Shown: positions 30,601 through 43,042 of the stretch, in pieces
How positions within the stretch are numbered: the first letter of the stretch is position 1
Layout of the letters: every line of letters begins with the position of its first letter
From: Halothiobacillus sp. 35-54-62
GTDB lineage: Bacteria; Pseudomonadota; Gammaproteobacteria; Halothiobacillales; Halothiobacillaceae
NCBI GenBank assembly: GCA_002281295.1
Contig: NCFS01000003.1
Location: forward strand, 7,577 to 71,576
Length of the DNA: 64,000 bases
Direction: 5' to 3'
Notes under the pieces: generated by a model
Database searches by the model: none
What the model saw: the letters and a program-made list of their open reading frames with translations, nothing else
Told to the model about the DNA's origin: nothing
Position numbers and translations under genes: made by a program

Positions 30601-31407
30601 CCGCGCGAGTTCGGCCACATATTGGCGCAGCAAATCCGGTCCCAGCGCGCAATTTAGACCAATAGATAACGGCTGGGCGTGGCGCAGGCTGTTGTAAAAC
30701 GCTTCGGTGGTTTGCCCCGATAGCGTGCGCCCCGAGGCATCGGTAATGGTGCCGGAAATCATCACCGGCCAGCGCTGGCCGAGCGATTCAAACAGGCCTT
30801 CAAGCGCGAACACAGCCGCTTTGGCGTTTAAGGTGTCGAAAATGGTTTCGATCATCAAAATATGCGCGCCGCCTTCAATTAAGCCCTCCGCCGATTCGCG
30901 GTAGGCCGAGACGAGTTCCTCAAAGGTAACATTGCGAAAACCAGGGTCGTTCACATCGGGCGAGATGGAGCCCGTGCGGCTGGTAGGCCCAATCACACCG
31001 GCCACAAAGCGGGGTTTGTCGGGGGTTTGTAAGGTTTTGGCATCGGCGCAGGCGCGGGCAAGTTTGGCCGCCGCTACATTAATTTCGCGCGCAAATTCTT
31101 GCATTTCGTAGTCGGCCATCGAAATGCGGGTGGCGTTGAAGGTGTTGGTTTCTAAAATATCCGCGCCCGCATCCAAATACCCGTTATGGATACCTTCGAT
31201 GACGCGGGGATTGGTTAACACCAGTAAGTCGTTATTGCCTTTAAGGTCGATGTGCCAATCTTTGAAGCGCTCCCCCCGATAATCGGCTTCTTGGAGCTTA
31301 TGCTTTTGAATCATGGTGCCCATCGCACCATCGAGCATCAAAATACGCGCCCGCATCAGGTCGCGAAGGGGGGTGAAAATAGGGTGCTCAGTTGGTTTTT
31401 TATACAT
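27691..31407 (-). CDS. metH: Cobalamin-dependent methionine synthase
   Basis: The 1238-aa ORF contains the Hcy-binding, pterin-binding, B12-binding ([10 protein letters not shown]) and AdoMet activation domains in canonical order. Confidence 0.97.
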   Translation of the reverse strand: MYKKPTEHPIFTPLRDLMRARILMLDGAMGTMIQKHKLQEADYRGERFKDWHIDLKGNNDLLVLTNPRVIEGIHNGYLDAGADILETNTFNATRISMADYEMQEFAREINVAAAKLARACADAKTLQTPDKPRFVAGVIGPTSRTGSISPDVNDPGFRNVTFEELVSAYRESAEGLIEGGAHILMIETIFDTLNAKAAVFALEGLFESLGQRWPVMISGTITDASGRTLSGQTTEAFYNSLRHAQPLSIGLNCALGPDLLRQYVAELARVSEFPVSVHPNAGLPNELGEYDLEADPMARQIGEWASSGLINIVGGCCGTTPEHIAYMAKQVAPHPPRVPPVPEPACRLSGLEPFNITAESLFVNVGERTNVTGSARFRRLIKEGDYTTALDVARQQVEAGAQVIDINMDEGLIDGEAAMERFLKLIASEPDISRVPIMIDSSKFHVIEKGLQWVQGKPIVNSISMKEGEAMFLEHARLVRRYGAAAVVMAFDEQGQADTVARRIEICTRAYRLLTEEVGFPAEDIIFDPNIFAIATGIEEHNNYAVEFIEGTRWIKQNLPHALISGGVSNVSFSFRGNEPVREAIHSVFLNHTVAAGMDMGIVNAGQLVLVDDIPAELREAVEDIVLNRRPDGTDRMLEIAEKYRGTGTGEAKSTMDMSWRELPVNERLAHSLVKGIDTFVLEDAEEARMAAARPLHVIEGPLMDGMNIVGDLFGAGKMFLPQVVKSARVMKKAVAHLMPFMEAEAAAGGCAAQSAGRILMATVKGDVHDIGKNIVGVVLQCNGFEIVDLGVMVPTQKILDTAIAEKCDIIGLSGLITPSLDEMVTVASEMQRQGFTLPLMIGGATTSKLHTALKIAPMYQQPVVHVLDASRAVGVAASLLGANKAAYAAQITEEYEALVARRKANQAEDKRVSLPEARANKQLLDFSTYTPTAPQTPGITVFEDYPLEDLVACIDWTPFFQSWQLFGKYPDILTDNVVGTEAQKLFDDAQKMLKTIVEEKWVRASGVIGFWPAASIDDDIRIFTDEKRQAVHTTLHNIRQQMPRSGGKPNQCLSDFIAPTGRKIKDWIGGFAVTTGHGIEPHIARFEQALDDYHAILLKALADRLAEAFAERLHQRVRTEFWGYAPDESLTNAELITEQYQGIRPAPGYPACPDHTEKGTLWSLLEPDSRAGISLTESYAMFPGAAVSGWYLAHPQARYFGTGKIGRDQTHDYAERKGWPLKEAERWLAPILGYEPE

Positions 31408-31463
31408 GGGGGCAAATTTTAGGCAGTGATGGGTTGAAAGTTTTGTGCGGTTGTTAGGGGTTT

Positions 31464-31991
31464 TTATCTAACGCTTGGGGGCCGTTCAGATTGCTTGCGA
31501 CGTTTGTGCAAAATTACATTGAGCCGCCACAGCAGCCGAATTGTGACAAAACTGACCACGGCACTCACGGTGGAGATGGTTAGCAAGCCCAAAAGCATGG
31601 GTAGCCAAAGGGTATGGATTTGCGCCATCACCCATTCAAATGAGATGCCGGCTTGGGGCAGGGCAATGCGGCAACCGGTGAGCCACGCGCCAATGGTATA
31701 GGCTAACCAGAAAATCGGCACCATGGTAAATGGGTTTGAAATCAATGCCATGGCAACAGCCAGCGCCACATTAACCCGCATTAACACGGCGGCAATGGCG
31801 GCTAATACCATTTGAAAGGGAATGGGGATAAACGCAATAAATAAACCCACCGCCACGCCGCCCGAAACCGAGCGGCGATTAAAATGCCATAAATTTGGGT
31901 GGGAGAGCCATTTGGCAAAGGGCTGCATAAACGCGGGGGATAACACCGTTTCTTTGCTCGGCGCCCATCTCTTAAAGAATTTGCGTGGCAT
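31464..31991 (-). CDS. DUF2062-type membrane protein
   Basis: The 175-aa ORF begins [16 protein letters not shown]...[32 protein letters not shown], the typical DUF2062 N-terminal pattern, followed by 3-4 TM segments. Confidence 0.65.
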   Translation of the reverse strand: MPRKFFKRWAPSKETVLSPAFMQPFAKWLSHPNLWHFNRRSVSGGVAVGLFIAFIPIPFQMVLAAIAAVLMRVNVALAVAMALISNPFTMVPIFWLAYTIGAWLTGCRIALPQAGISFEWVMAQIHTLWLPMLLGLLTISTVSAVVSFVTIRLLWRLNVILHKRRKQSERPPSVR

Positions 31992-32071
31992 GAGGTTCTC
32001 GGAAGCGGTTATAGATAAGGTTCGCGGAGTATAACCAAATTGCGCGTTGTCGTCTGAAGCGGCGGCGGGCG

Positions 32072-33631
32072 TTAATCCAGAGCGGGTGGTGGCGCCGATT
32101 TTTGTGCGCCTGATTTTTTCGGTTTTAGCGCGAATACAATGGGTAGCATCACAATGAAACTGAATAAAATCAGCACAAACGCATCATGGTACGACAGCAT
32201 ATTGGCTTGCGATGCGAGCGTGCTGGCCAAGATGGCCGCGCCTTGAGGCGTGTCGGGTGTTAAATGCAAGGGAGCAAGATATTGCCAAACGAGCGGGTTA
32301 TCTAAGCTAATGCCGCCGCCGAGTTGATTCCAAGCGGCTTGGGCGTGGCGGCTCACGAGCGTTGCCACAATCGAAATGCCCACCGATGAGCCCACGGTGC
32401 GAATTAAGCTATATAAACCGGCCGCCTCAGCGGCATATTGCGGTGATAACGTTGAAAATGCCACGGTGGATAAGGGCACAAAAATCATGCCGATGCCCGC
32501 GCCTTGGAACAATAAAGGCCACACAATTTGCCATGTATTGACATCCAAATTGTACTGCGTCATACCCCAGCTGCCGATAATACTTAGGCCAATCCCGGTG
32601 AGAATAATCAGCCGAATATCGACGAAATTAATAATTCGCCCCACAATAATCATCGCGATCATGCTGGCAATACCCCGAGGAGCCAACGCCATGCCGGTGG
32701 TAAGCACCGGATAGCCCATTTCCTGCTCCAGCATTAAAGGCTGAACAAAAATAGCCCCGAACATCCCAAGCCCCATCAGCATCATGACGCCATTAGCTAA
32801 GGTGAAATTCCGATCGCGGAAAATAGCCAAAGAGAACACAGGCTCGCGATTGGGCACAAAACTGAGCCAAATAAAAAATACAAACGCAACAACCCCAATA
32901 ATGCAGGCACTCACAATGGCTGTGGAGCTGAACCAGTCATCCTGATTGCCGCGATCGAGCACAAATTGCAGGCCGGCAATGGCAAGTCCCAATAAGGTAA
33001 ACCCCACCCAATCCATGCGCCGCTCGGCCTTGCGGGGCATTTTGGGGGCAAAGCGGCTAATAATCGCAAGCGCGAATAAGCCTACGGGTAAATTGATGTA
33101 AAACGTCCAGCGCCAGTTAATAGTTTCGGTAATCCAGCCCCCGATGGTGGGGCCTAAAATGGGCCCCACCATGACACCAATACCCCAGATGGCCATGGCC
33201 TTGCCGCGCTGATCGGGTGGAAACACTTGCACCATAATCGCTTGGGAGAGCGGCACCAGCGCCGCCCCCGCCAAGCCCTGCAATAAGCGAAACGCAATAA
33301 TTTGCGGCAGGCTTTCCGATAAACCGCACAGGGCGGATGCCACCACAAACAAGCCCACACTGAGCATTAAATATTCACGCTGGCCAATTTTATCGGTGAA
33401 GTAGCCGGTGAGCGGCATGATGATGGCCGATGCCACGAGATAGCTTGTTAAAACCCACGAGATTTGATCGGGCGATGCGCCTAAATCACCCGCCATATAG
33501 GGCAAGGCAACCGAGGCAATAGTGGTATCTAATACCTGCATGACGGTGGCGGCCATTACCGCGACCGTAATCATCACCCGTTCAAATGAGGTGAGCTTGC
33601 TGGCATCAAAAAGTGGCCGAGATGACATGGA
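32072..33631 (-). CDS. emrB: MFS (DHA2, 14-TM) multidrug efflux transporter, EmrB/QacA family
   Basis: From the ATG at 33631 the product begins MSSRPLFDASKLTSFERVMITVAVMAATVMQVLDTTIASVALPYMAGDLGAS, the typical EmrB N-terminus. It follows an EmrA-like gene. Confidence 0.82.
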   Translation of the reverse strand, partial: SMSSRPLFDASKLTSFERVMITVAVMAATVMQVLDTTIASVALPYMAGDLGASPDQISWVLTSYLVASAIIMPLTGYFTDKIGQREYLMLSVGLFVVASALCGLSESLPQIIAFRLLQGLAGAALVPLSQAIMVQVFPPDQRGKAMAIWGIGVMVGPILGPTIGGWITETINWRWTFYINLPVGLFALAIISRFAPKMPRKAERRMDWVGFTLLGLAIAGLQFVLDRGNQDDWFSSTAIVSACIIGVVAFVFFIWLSFVPNREPVFSLAIFRDRNFTLANGVMMLMGLGMFGAIFVQPLMLEQEMGYPVLTTGMALAPRGIASMIAMIIVGRIINFVDIRLIILTGIGLSIIGSWGMTQYNLDVNTWQIVWPLLFQGAGIGMIFVPLSTVAFSTLSPQYAAEAAGLYSLIRTVGSSVGISIVATLVSRHAQAAWNQLGGGISLDNPLVWQYLAPLHLTPDTPQGAAILASTLASQANMLSYHDAFVLILFSFIVMLPIVFALKPKKSGAQKSAPPPALD

Positions 33632-33635
33632 GTGC

Positions 33636-34886
33636 CTACGGGTTTTGGGTTGATGCGGGGGTGGGCGGGCTTCCCCCCGCATCCGCTAAACCAGCCAAGC
33701 CGATGACGCCCAAGACCGATTGCCAGAAGCTTTTGGGCTGCGGGGTGAGTAAAATTCGGGTCGTTGCGCTCGTGCCAATGGGTAATAATTTGGCCGTATC
33801 GGTATCGTCTAGCGTAATTCGAACCGGCACGCGCTGGGTGACTTTAACCCAGTTGCCTGTGGCGTTTTGAGGCGGCAACAATGAGAACGCCGTGCCCGCA
33901 CCCGCTGCAATCGAGGTGACTTTCCCTCTAAATACCCGCTTGCCATAAACATCGGAATCAATTTCAGCCGGTGCGCCCAATTTAATTTCAGCCAGATCGG
34001 TTTCTTTGAAATTCGCATCCACCCAGAGTTGCTGGGTGGCAACCATCGAAAACAGCGGTTGGTTGGCGCTAACCGGTTGCCCCGGTTCAATGGTGTAGTT
34101 GGCCAATCGCCCTGTCATAGGGGCTGTAACGATGGTTTTGCTCAAATTGTATTGCGCGCCGGCTAAAGTGGCCTCGGCTGATTTAACGCGATCATTTTGC
34201 GCGCCGGGCGCGCCGGCGGTTGCCTTGGCTTGCGTGAGTGCCGCCCGCGCTTGGTTCACCGCAGCCTCGGCCACCGCAACGGCCGATCTGGCGTTCGACA
34301 CATCTTGCGCGGAAACAAACTGTTTATTGTTAATGTTCAGCAAGCGCTGCAATTGCTCTGCCGCTAATTGTGCTTGGGCTATGCGCTGCTGCAAACCGGC
34401 CTCTGCGGTGCCGATGGCTGCGGTGGCTGAATCTTGTTCACGGATAGCGGCACTTAATGCGGCTTGCGCCGTATCGACAGCGACCTGATAGGGCGTTGGG
34501 TCGAGCTTAAACAGCACTTCCCCTCGCGTCACCGCTTGGTTATTTTGCCAAGGAACCGATTGAATTTGCCCGGATACCTCCGCGCCGATTTGCACTTGAT
34601 GCGCGTTAATGAATGAATCTTCAGTGGCCAAATATTGGTCAGAATAACGCAGATAGCCCAAACCCAGCCAAGCACCCAGCAGCAAAATAATTAAAATCAC
34701 AATCAACCGAATGCGAGAGGCATTCGATTTTTTTACGCTGGATGCGGCGGAAGGGTCGGACGGAGCGTTAGGTGGGGAATTAGGCGCGGATGGCGGGGCA
34801 TCAGCGCTTGTTGGGGGGGGCGTTAGGTTAGCCCCAGTGGGTTCATCAAGCGATTTAGCTGCCGGCTCCTGGGTTGCTTGACTCAT
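33636..34886 (-). CDS. emrA: HlyD-family efflux adaptor, EmrA-like
   Basis: The 416-aa ORF has a Pro-rich N-terminus, a single TM (IRLIVILIILLLGAWLGLGY), coiled-coil regions and a barrel C-terminus. Confidence 0.82.
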   Translation of the reverse strand: MSQATQEPAAKSLDEPTGANLTPPPTSADAPPSAPNSPPNAPSDPSAASSVKKSNASRIRLIVILIILLLGAWLGLGYLRYSDQYLATEDSFINAHQVQIGAEVSGQIQSVPWQNNQAVTRGEVLFKLDPTPYQVAVDTAQAALSAAIREQDSATAAIGTAEAGLQQRIAQAQLAAEQLQRLLNINNKQFVSAQDVSNARSAVAVAEAAVNQARAALTQAKATAGAPGAQNDRVKSAEATLAGAQYNLSKTIVTAPMTGRLANYTIEPGQPVSANQPLFSMVATQQLWVDANFKETDLAEIKLGAPAEIDSDVYGKRVFRGKVTSIAAGAGTAFSLLPPQNATGNWVKVTQRVPVRITLDDTDTAKLLPIGTSATTRILLTPQPKSFWQSVLGVIGLAGLADAGGSPPTPASTQNP

Positions 34887-35334
34887 GACACATTTGCTCC
34901 AAATTATTTTTCGTTTTCGCTAGTAAGCGGATAAATTCTTCGCGCTCATTGGCACTTAACACCGCCAAAATAGCGTGCCGTACCATGCCGAGTTTTAAAT
35001 CGGCTTCGCGGATTTGCCCGGCAGCCGATTCAATCAACCAAATTGTTTTCGCGCGGCGATCATTCGGTGCCACCCGGCGCTCAATCCAGCCTAAGCGCTC
35101 TAAGCTATCGAGCAGCTTAACCAAGGTAGGCCCCTCAATACCAAGCTCGCTTGCCAGCTCTTTTTGCGTTTTGCCTTGGCCTTCATCGCGCAACACGCGA
35201 ATGACCGACCAAGCCGAAGCCGTAATGTCATATTCCGCCAGCACAATATTAAGCTGAGCACGCCACATTCTGTTTGAGTCAAAGAACAAACGCGCCGCCT
35301 GTTCATCGGTTACGGTTGAAGGTTCTGTATACAT
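34855..35334 (-). CDS. MarR-family transcriptional regulator (EmrR-like)
   Basis: A winged-helix region (QKELASELGIEGPTLVKLLDSLERLGWIERRVAPNDRRAK) is present. The ATG at 35334 lies 8 nt after AGGTGG, and the ORF-track GTG at 35346 is an alternative. The 3' end overlaps the emrA start. Confidence 0.82.
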   Translation of the reverse strand: MYTEPSTVTDEQAARLFFDSNRMWRAQLNIVLAEYDITASAWSVIRVLRDEGQGKTQKELASELGIEGPTLVKLLDSLERLGWIERRVAPNDRRAKTIWLIESAAGQIREADLKLGMVRHAILAVLSANEREEFIRLLAKTKNNLEQMCHESSNPGAGS

Positions 35335-35637
35335 AATAGTAGCCACCTAATTATTTTTCCACTTAATTATTAAACCAAAGATACTAACGATGGGCAAGGG
35401 GAGCGATCATTTGCGCAATTTCGTTAAAATCTAATAAGTAAGTCTAATCAAAAACACCGATAAATAAAAATTTATTCCCATATAAGAAAATATCCCCAAG
35501 CCTGGTTCAGGCGCTGCAAACCAAAAATGCGCCTTTGCACGAAGCTTTTTTGCTTTGGCCTGCCATGTGAAGTGTTCTTTGCGGGCTGATTGTTTTATCA
35601 TGCGCTCCCATCTTCTCAGCCATTTTGGTGATTTTAG

Positions 35638-38210
<2,573 letters not shown>

Positions 38211-38281
38211 TCTCAATTTTTGCTATTCGCTGGGTGCCTGTCGTGGTGTCGTCACGCCTGAGCGCCATACTGAATTTTTAA

Positions 38282-39583
<1,302 letters not shown>

Positions 39584-39608
39584 GCACGGCTTGGGGCGTT
39601 AACATGGA

Positions 39609-40007
39609 ATGTGTTCGTTGATTCGCGGCGTCGCTTTGCTGCTGGCTTTGCTGCTGGCGGGGTTGCAGTGGCGGCTTTGGTACAGTGATTCATCCTTGCC
39701 CGAGGTGTGGAACAAGCAGGCGCGCGTGGCCGAGCTGGTTGCTACTCAAGAATCGCTTACCGAGCGCAACCGTCGCTTATTTGCCGAGGTGGATGATCTT
39801 AAAACCGGCTTGGGTGCTGTTGAGGCACGCGCGCGTTTAGATTTGGGCTTAATCGGCCCCAATGAAACGTTTTATCAAGTGATTGACGATGCCCCATCGC
39901 GCCCTATTAGCGCAGAGCCACTGTCTTCGGCATTGAATTTGCCCGCCGCCGGCGCAGATAATGCCGATGCGCCGGCTGATATTAAGCCCAATCCAAGTAA
40001 GCCGTAA
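39609..40007 (+). CDS. ftsB: Cell division protein FtsB
   Basis: The 132-aa ORF has an N-terminal TM (VALLLALLLAGLQWRLWYSD) followed by a coiled coil (...LTERNRRLFAEVDDLKTGLGAVEARARLDLGLI). Its position between eno and ispD fits ftsB. Confidence 0.78.
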   Translation: MCSLIRGVALLLALLLAGLQWRLWYSDSSLPEVWNKQARVAELVATQESLTERNRRLFAEVDDLKTGLGAVEARARLDLGLIGPNETFYQVIDDAPSRPISAEPLSSALNLPAAGADNADAPADIKPNPSKP

Positions 40008-40091
40008 TGATCCTTGTTTTGCTTGGGTTTTTTTCTGTGGCTTGGCGTTTTGTACGCCCTTCCGATCAGCGTGCAGGCTCGGTGCGTGCGG

Positions 40092-40841
40092 ATGTCTAAT
40101 TTGTCTCAATGGCAGCCTTGGTGGCTTATTATTCCCGCAGCGGGTTTTGGCCAGCGCATGGGTGCCGATCAGCCTAAACAATATTTAACCTTAGATTCAC
40201 GCAGCGTGCTTGAAGTCACGTTATCGCGATTTATTGGGCTGCCCGGTTTACAAGGCGCCGTGTTGGCGTTAGCGCCCGATGATGCTTTGGCACCCGCGTT
40301 ACTGGCCAATTTTAAGGATTTCCCCTTGCACTATGCGGTGGGTGGGGCCACCCGTTCGGCCAGTGTGCGTGCGGCGCTGCGCACGGTGCAGCAGCACTGC
40401 CTTAATGATCAGACCTTGGTTTTGGTGCACGATGCGGCGCGCCCTTGTGTGCGCAGAGCCGACATTGAAGCGCTTCTCACCGGCGCTTTTGCCGCCAAGG
40501 ACGGCGCTTTGCTCGCAACCCCTGTGCGCGATACGTTAAAGCAGGCAAATACGTATCACACCGTGCAGGCGACCGTACCGCGTGCGGGGGTATATCATGC
40601 GCTGACACCGCAAGCCTTTGCCTGTGGGCTGCTGGCTCACGCTCTGGATTTTGCGGAACAAACGGGGTGCGCGTTAACCGATGATTCCTCCGCCATTGAG
40701 CTGCTCGGCAAGGCGCCACAACTGGTTTTAGGCCATGCCGATAATATTAAAATTACCCACCCGGATGATTTACCCTTGGCCCGCTTAATTTTGCAGGCAC
40801 AAGGGCAGTGGCACCCCGCGCAAGCGCCGCTGGTGGGTTAA
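40092..40841 (+). CDS. ispD: 2-C-methyl-D-erythritol 4-phosphate cytidylyltransferase
   Basis: From the ATG at 40092 the product begins [32 protein letters not shown] (motif PAAG.G.R) and contains VHDAARPC. It is 249 aa. Confidence 0.85.
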   Translation: MSNLSQWQPWWLIIPAAGFGQRMGADQPKQYLTLDSRSVLEVTLSRFIGLPGLQGAVLALAPDDALAPALLANFKDFPLHYAVGGATRSASVRAALRTVQQHCLNDQTLVLVHDAARPCVRRADIEALLTGAFAAKDGALLATPVRDTLKQANTYHTVQATVPRAGVYHALTPQAFACGLLAHALDFAEQTGCALTDDSSAIELLGKAPQLVLGHADNIKITHPDDLPLARLILQAQGQWHPAQAPLVG

Positions 40842-40858
40842 CTTTTGGATTTTTTAAG

Positions 40859-41386
40859 ATGACTACCCCCGCCGTTCTCCCAGCAAACCCCATTGTCGAT
40901 ATTCCGTGGCGTATTGGGCACGGGTTTGATGTGCATGCGTTTATGCCGGGCGATCATTTAATGATGGGCGGCATTCAAATCCCCTTTGAATGGGCATTTA
41001 AAGCCCATTCCGATGGCGATGTGTTAATTCATGCCTTATGCGATGCCTTGCTTGGCGCCGCCGCTTTGGGCGATATTGGGCAACATTTCCCCGATACCGA
41101 TCCCGCCTTTTGTGGCATTGATAGCAGCCTGCTTTTGGCGCAGGTGCATCAACTCATTTTGGATAAGCAGTGGATTATCGGCAATGTGGATATCACCATC
41201 ATCGCGCAGGCCCCGCGCATGGCACAGCATATTCCTGCCATGCGCGCCCGCTTGGCCGGTGTGCTTAAAATTGTACCAGAGCAAATTAACATCAAAGCGA
41301 CCACGACCGAGCGGTTAGGCTTTACCGGCCGGGGCGAGGGCATTGCCGTGGAAGCCGTTGCGCTCATTGCGCGCCCGGTTGTTTAG
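40859..41386 (+). CDS. ispF: 2-C-methyl-D-erythritol 2,4-cyclodiphosphate synthase
   Basis: From the ATG at 40859 the product reads ...[12 protein letters not shown]...[32 protein letters not shown]... Confidence 0.9.
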   Translation: MTTPAVLPANPIVDIPWRIGHGFDVHAFMPGDHLMMGGIQIPFEWAFKAHSDGDVLIHALCDALLGAAALGDIGQHFPDTDPAFCGIDSSLLLAQVHQLILDKQWIIGNVDITIIAQAPRMAQHIPAMRARLAGVLKIVPEQINIKATTTERLGFTGRGEGIAVEAVALIARPVV

Positions 41387-41429
41387 TTAATCCGTGTTGA
41401 AGCCCGAACCCCGCAGCGTCCCGCATTCG

Positions 41430-42614
41430 ATGCAATGCGCTTATTTTAATGCCGCCGTTTGCCGCTCTTGTGTTTGGTTGCCGGTGCCCTATGCCACCCA
41501 GCTCGCACAAAAAGCGCAGAGCGCCGCCACGCAATTAGCCGCCTTCACCGCGCTTGTGTGGCTGCCGCCCGTACCCAGCGCCGAGCAGGGTTTTCGTAAT
41601 AAAGCCAAAATGGTGGTGTCGGGTTCATCGCGCGCGCCCAAGCTGGGTATTTTAGATGCGCGAGGTCAGGGGGTTGATTTAACGCAATGCGGCTTGTACC
41701 CCAAGGCACTATCGGCGGCATTTGAGCCGATAAAACGCATGATTACGCGGTTAGCGCTTACTCCCTATGAGATTGCAGCGCGCCGAGGCGAGTTGAAGTA
41801 CGTGCTGATTACCCATTCGGCGGCAGATAATAGTTTGATGGTGCGATTGGTGTTGCGCTCAACCGCCCGAGTTAGCGCTATTCAAGCCGATTGGCTGAAT
41901 TTGGTTGCCGATTTGCCGCAAATCGCCGTACTTTCCGTAAACATTCAGCCGGTGCATCAGGCTATTTTGGAAGGCGAGACGGAGCTTATTTTGAGCCCGC
42001 GTGAAACCTTAACCATGGTTTTGAATGGCTTGCCTTTTTATCTGCGCCCGCGCAGTTTTTTTCAAACCAACACCGCAGTGGCTGCCCAATTGTATGCCAC
42101 CGCCCGTGATTGGGTGGCTGAACTCGCGCCGCGCGATCTATGGGATTTATTTTGCGGGGTGGGTGGTTTTGCGCTGCATTGCGCGCCTTATGTATCGGGT
42201 GAGGTGACGGGGATTGAGGTAAGCGCTGAGGCGATTGCCAGCGCCCAGCAATCGGCCGCAGAGTTGGGCCTAACCCAGGCGCGGTTTCGCGCGCTTACCG
42301 CCGATGATTTTGTGGCCACGGTCGCAAAATTGCCCGCCTTGGTGGTGGTTAATCCTCCGCGCCGAGGTTTGGGGACAGAACTTTGTCGCTTTCTTCATGA
42401 CGCGGCGGCGGATCAATCCCGCCCCCTGCGCTGGATGATCTATTCCAGTTGCAACCCCGAATCTTTAGCGCGCGATTTAGCCGCCATGCCAAGTTTTACG
42501 CCAATCCGCGCGCAGCTGTTTGATTTGTTTCCCCACACGGCGCACAGCGAAGTGCTGGTTTTGCTCGAGCGCAAGAGAACGGGCAAGGGCATCCCTCAGG
42601 GGCGGCCGGATTAA
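41430..42614 (+). CDS. rlmC: 23S rRNA (uracil-C5)-methyltransferase, RlmC/RumB-like
   Basis: MQCAYFNAAVCRSCVWLPVPYATQL parallels the E. coli RlmC N-terminal Cys cluster. The SAM-MTase C-terminus has DLFCGVGGF and VNPPRRG. Confidence 0.72.
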   Translation: MQCAYFNAAVCRSCVWLPVPYATQLAQKAQSAATQLAAFTALVWLPPVPSAEQGFRNKAKMVVSGSSRAPKLGILDARGQGVDLTQCGLYPKALSAAFEPIKRMITRLALTPYEIAARRGELKYVLITHSAADNSLMVRLVLRSTARVSAIQADWLNLVADLPQIAVLSVNIQPVHQAILEGETELILSPRETLTMVLNGLPFYLRPRSFFQTNTAVAAQLYATARDWVAELAPRDLWDLFCGVGGFALHCAPYVSGEVTGIEVSAEAIASAQQSAAELGLTQARFRALTADDFVATVAKLPALVVVNPPRRGLGTELCRFLHDAAADQSRPLRWMIYSSCNPESLARDLAAMPSFTPIRAQLFDLFPHTAHSEVLVLLERKRTGKGIPQGRPD

Positions 42615-43042
42615 AAGCCGTTGCCGTTTAAGGCCGGTTTTTTGGGTGGGTAAACCCCATAGGGCAAATTGGGTTGCAACGTTTCAATTAAGCCACTTTG
42701 CAGGGCTTGGGTTTGCATGATGGCAAGCCCGGGGTCGCTTGGGTTGCCCGAGTCGCCATTCGTGTTTTTATTTAAAATGAGTCGATACCACGCGTGCCCC
42801 ATCGGCTGGATAGATTGCACCGATTGGGATTGAAACGCGCGATACAGCTGGGCGAGCGTATCGCCATCGTCGGGCACATGGGGTTTAAGTTTGAACAGGT
42901 ATTCGCCCGGTACAGCGGTGGGGTTTTGTGGCATCGCATCGGCCTTTGCGGGTGGGGCGTTTAAGGCTGGGGGCAAACCGGCACTTTGGCAACCGGTTAG
43001 CAGCAAGGGCGCGAGAAGCGCGATGAATAAAGGGGTTTTCAT
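42611..43042 (-). CDS. Lipoprotein resembling a subtilase propeptide (I9-like), translationally coupled to the S8 protease
   Basis: The product begins MKTPLFIALLAPLLLTGCQS (lipobox). The mature part (PGEYLFKLKP...VQSIQPMGHAWYRLILNKN...LAIMQTQALQSGLIETLQPNLPY) parallels the N-terminal prodomain of the upstream protease (PGQVLIRYN...AQSIQP...AIGHSGYSLVELKPG...AMARLRALPGVAAVQPNYIY). The start overlaps the protease stop by 4 nt. Confidence 0.55.
   Translation of the reverse strand: MKTPLFIALLAPLLLTGCQSAGLPPALNAPPAKADAMPQNPTAVPGEYLFKLKPHVPDDGDTLAQLYRAFQSQSVQSIQPMGHAWYRLILNKNTNGDSGNPSDPGLAIMQTQALQSGLIETLQPNLPYGVYPPKKPALNGNGF

Noticed and set aside
31408-31463. Cobalamin riboswitch upstream of metH
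   Set aside because: Only 56 nt separate metH from the upstream DUF2062 gene, which is too short for a B12 element, and no B12-box-like sequence was seen. B12 riboswitches normally control metE or btuB rather than metH.
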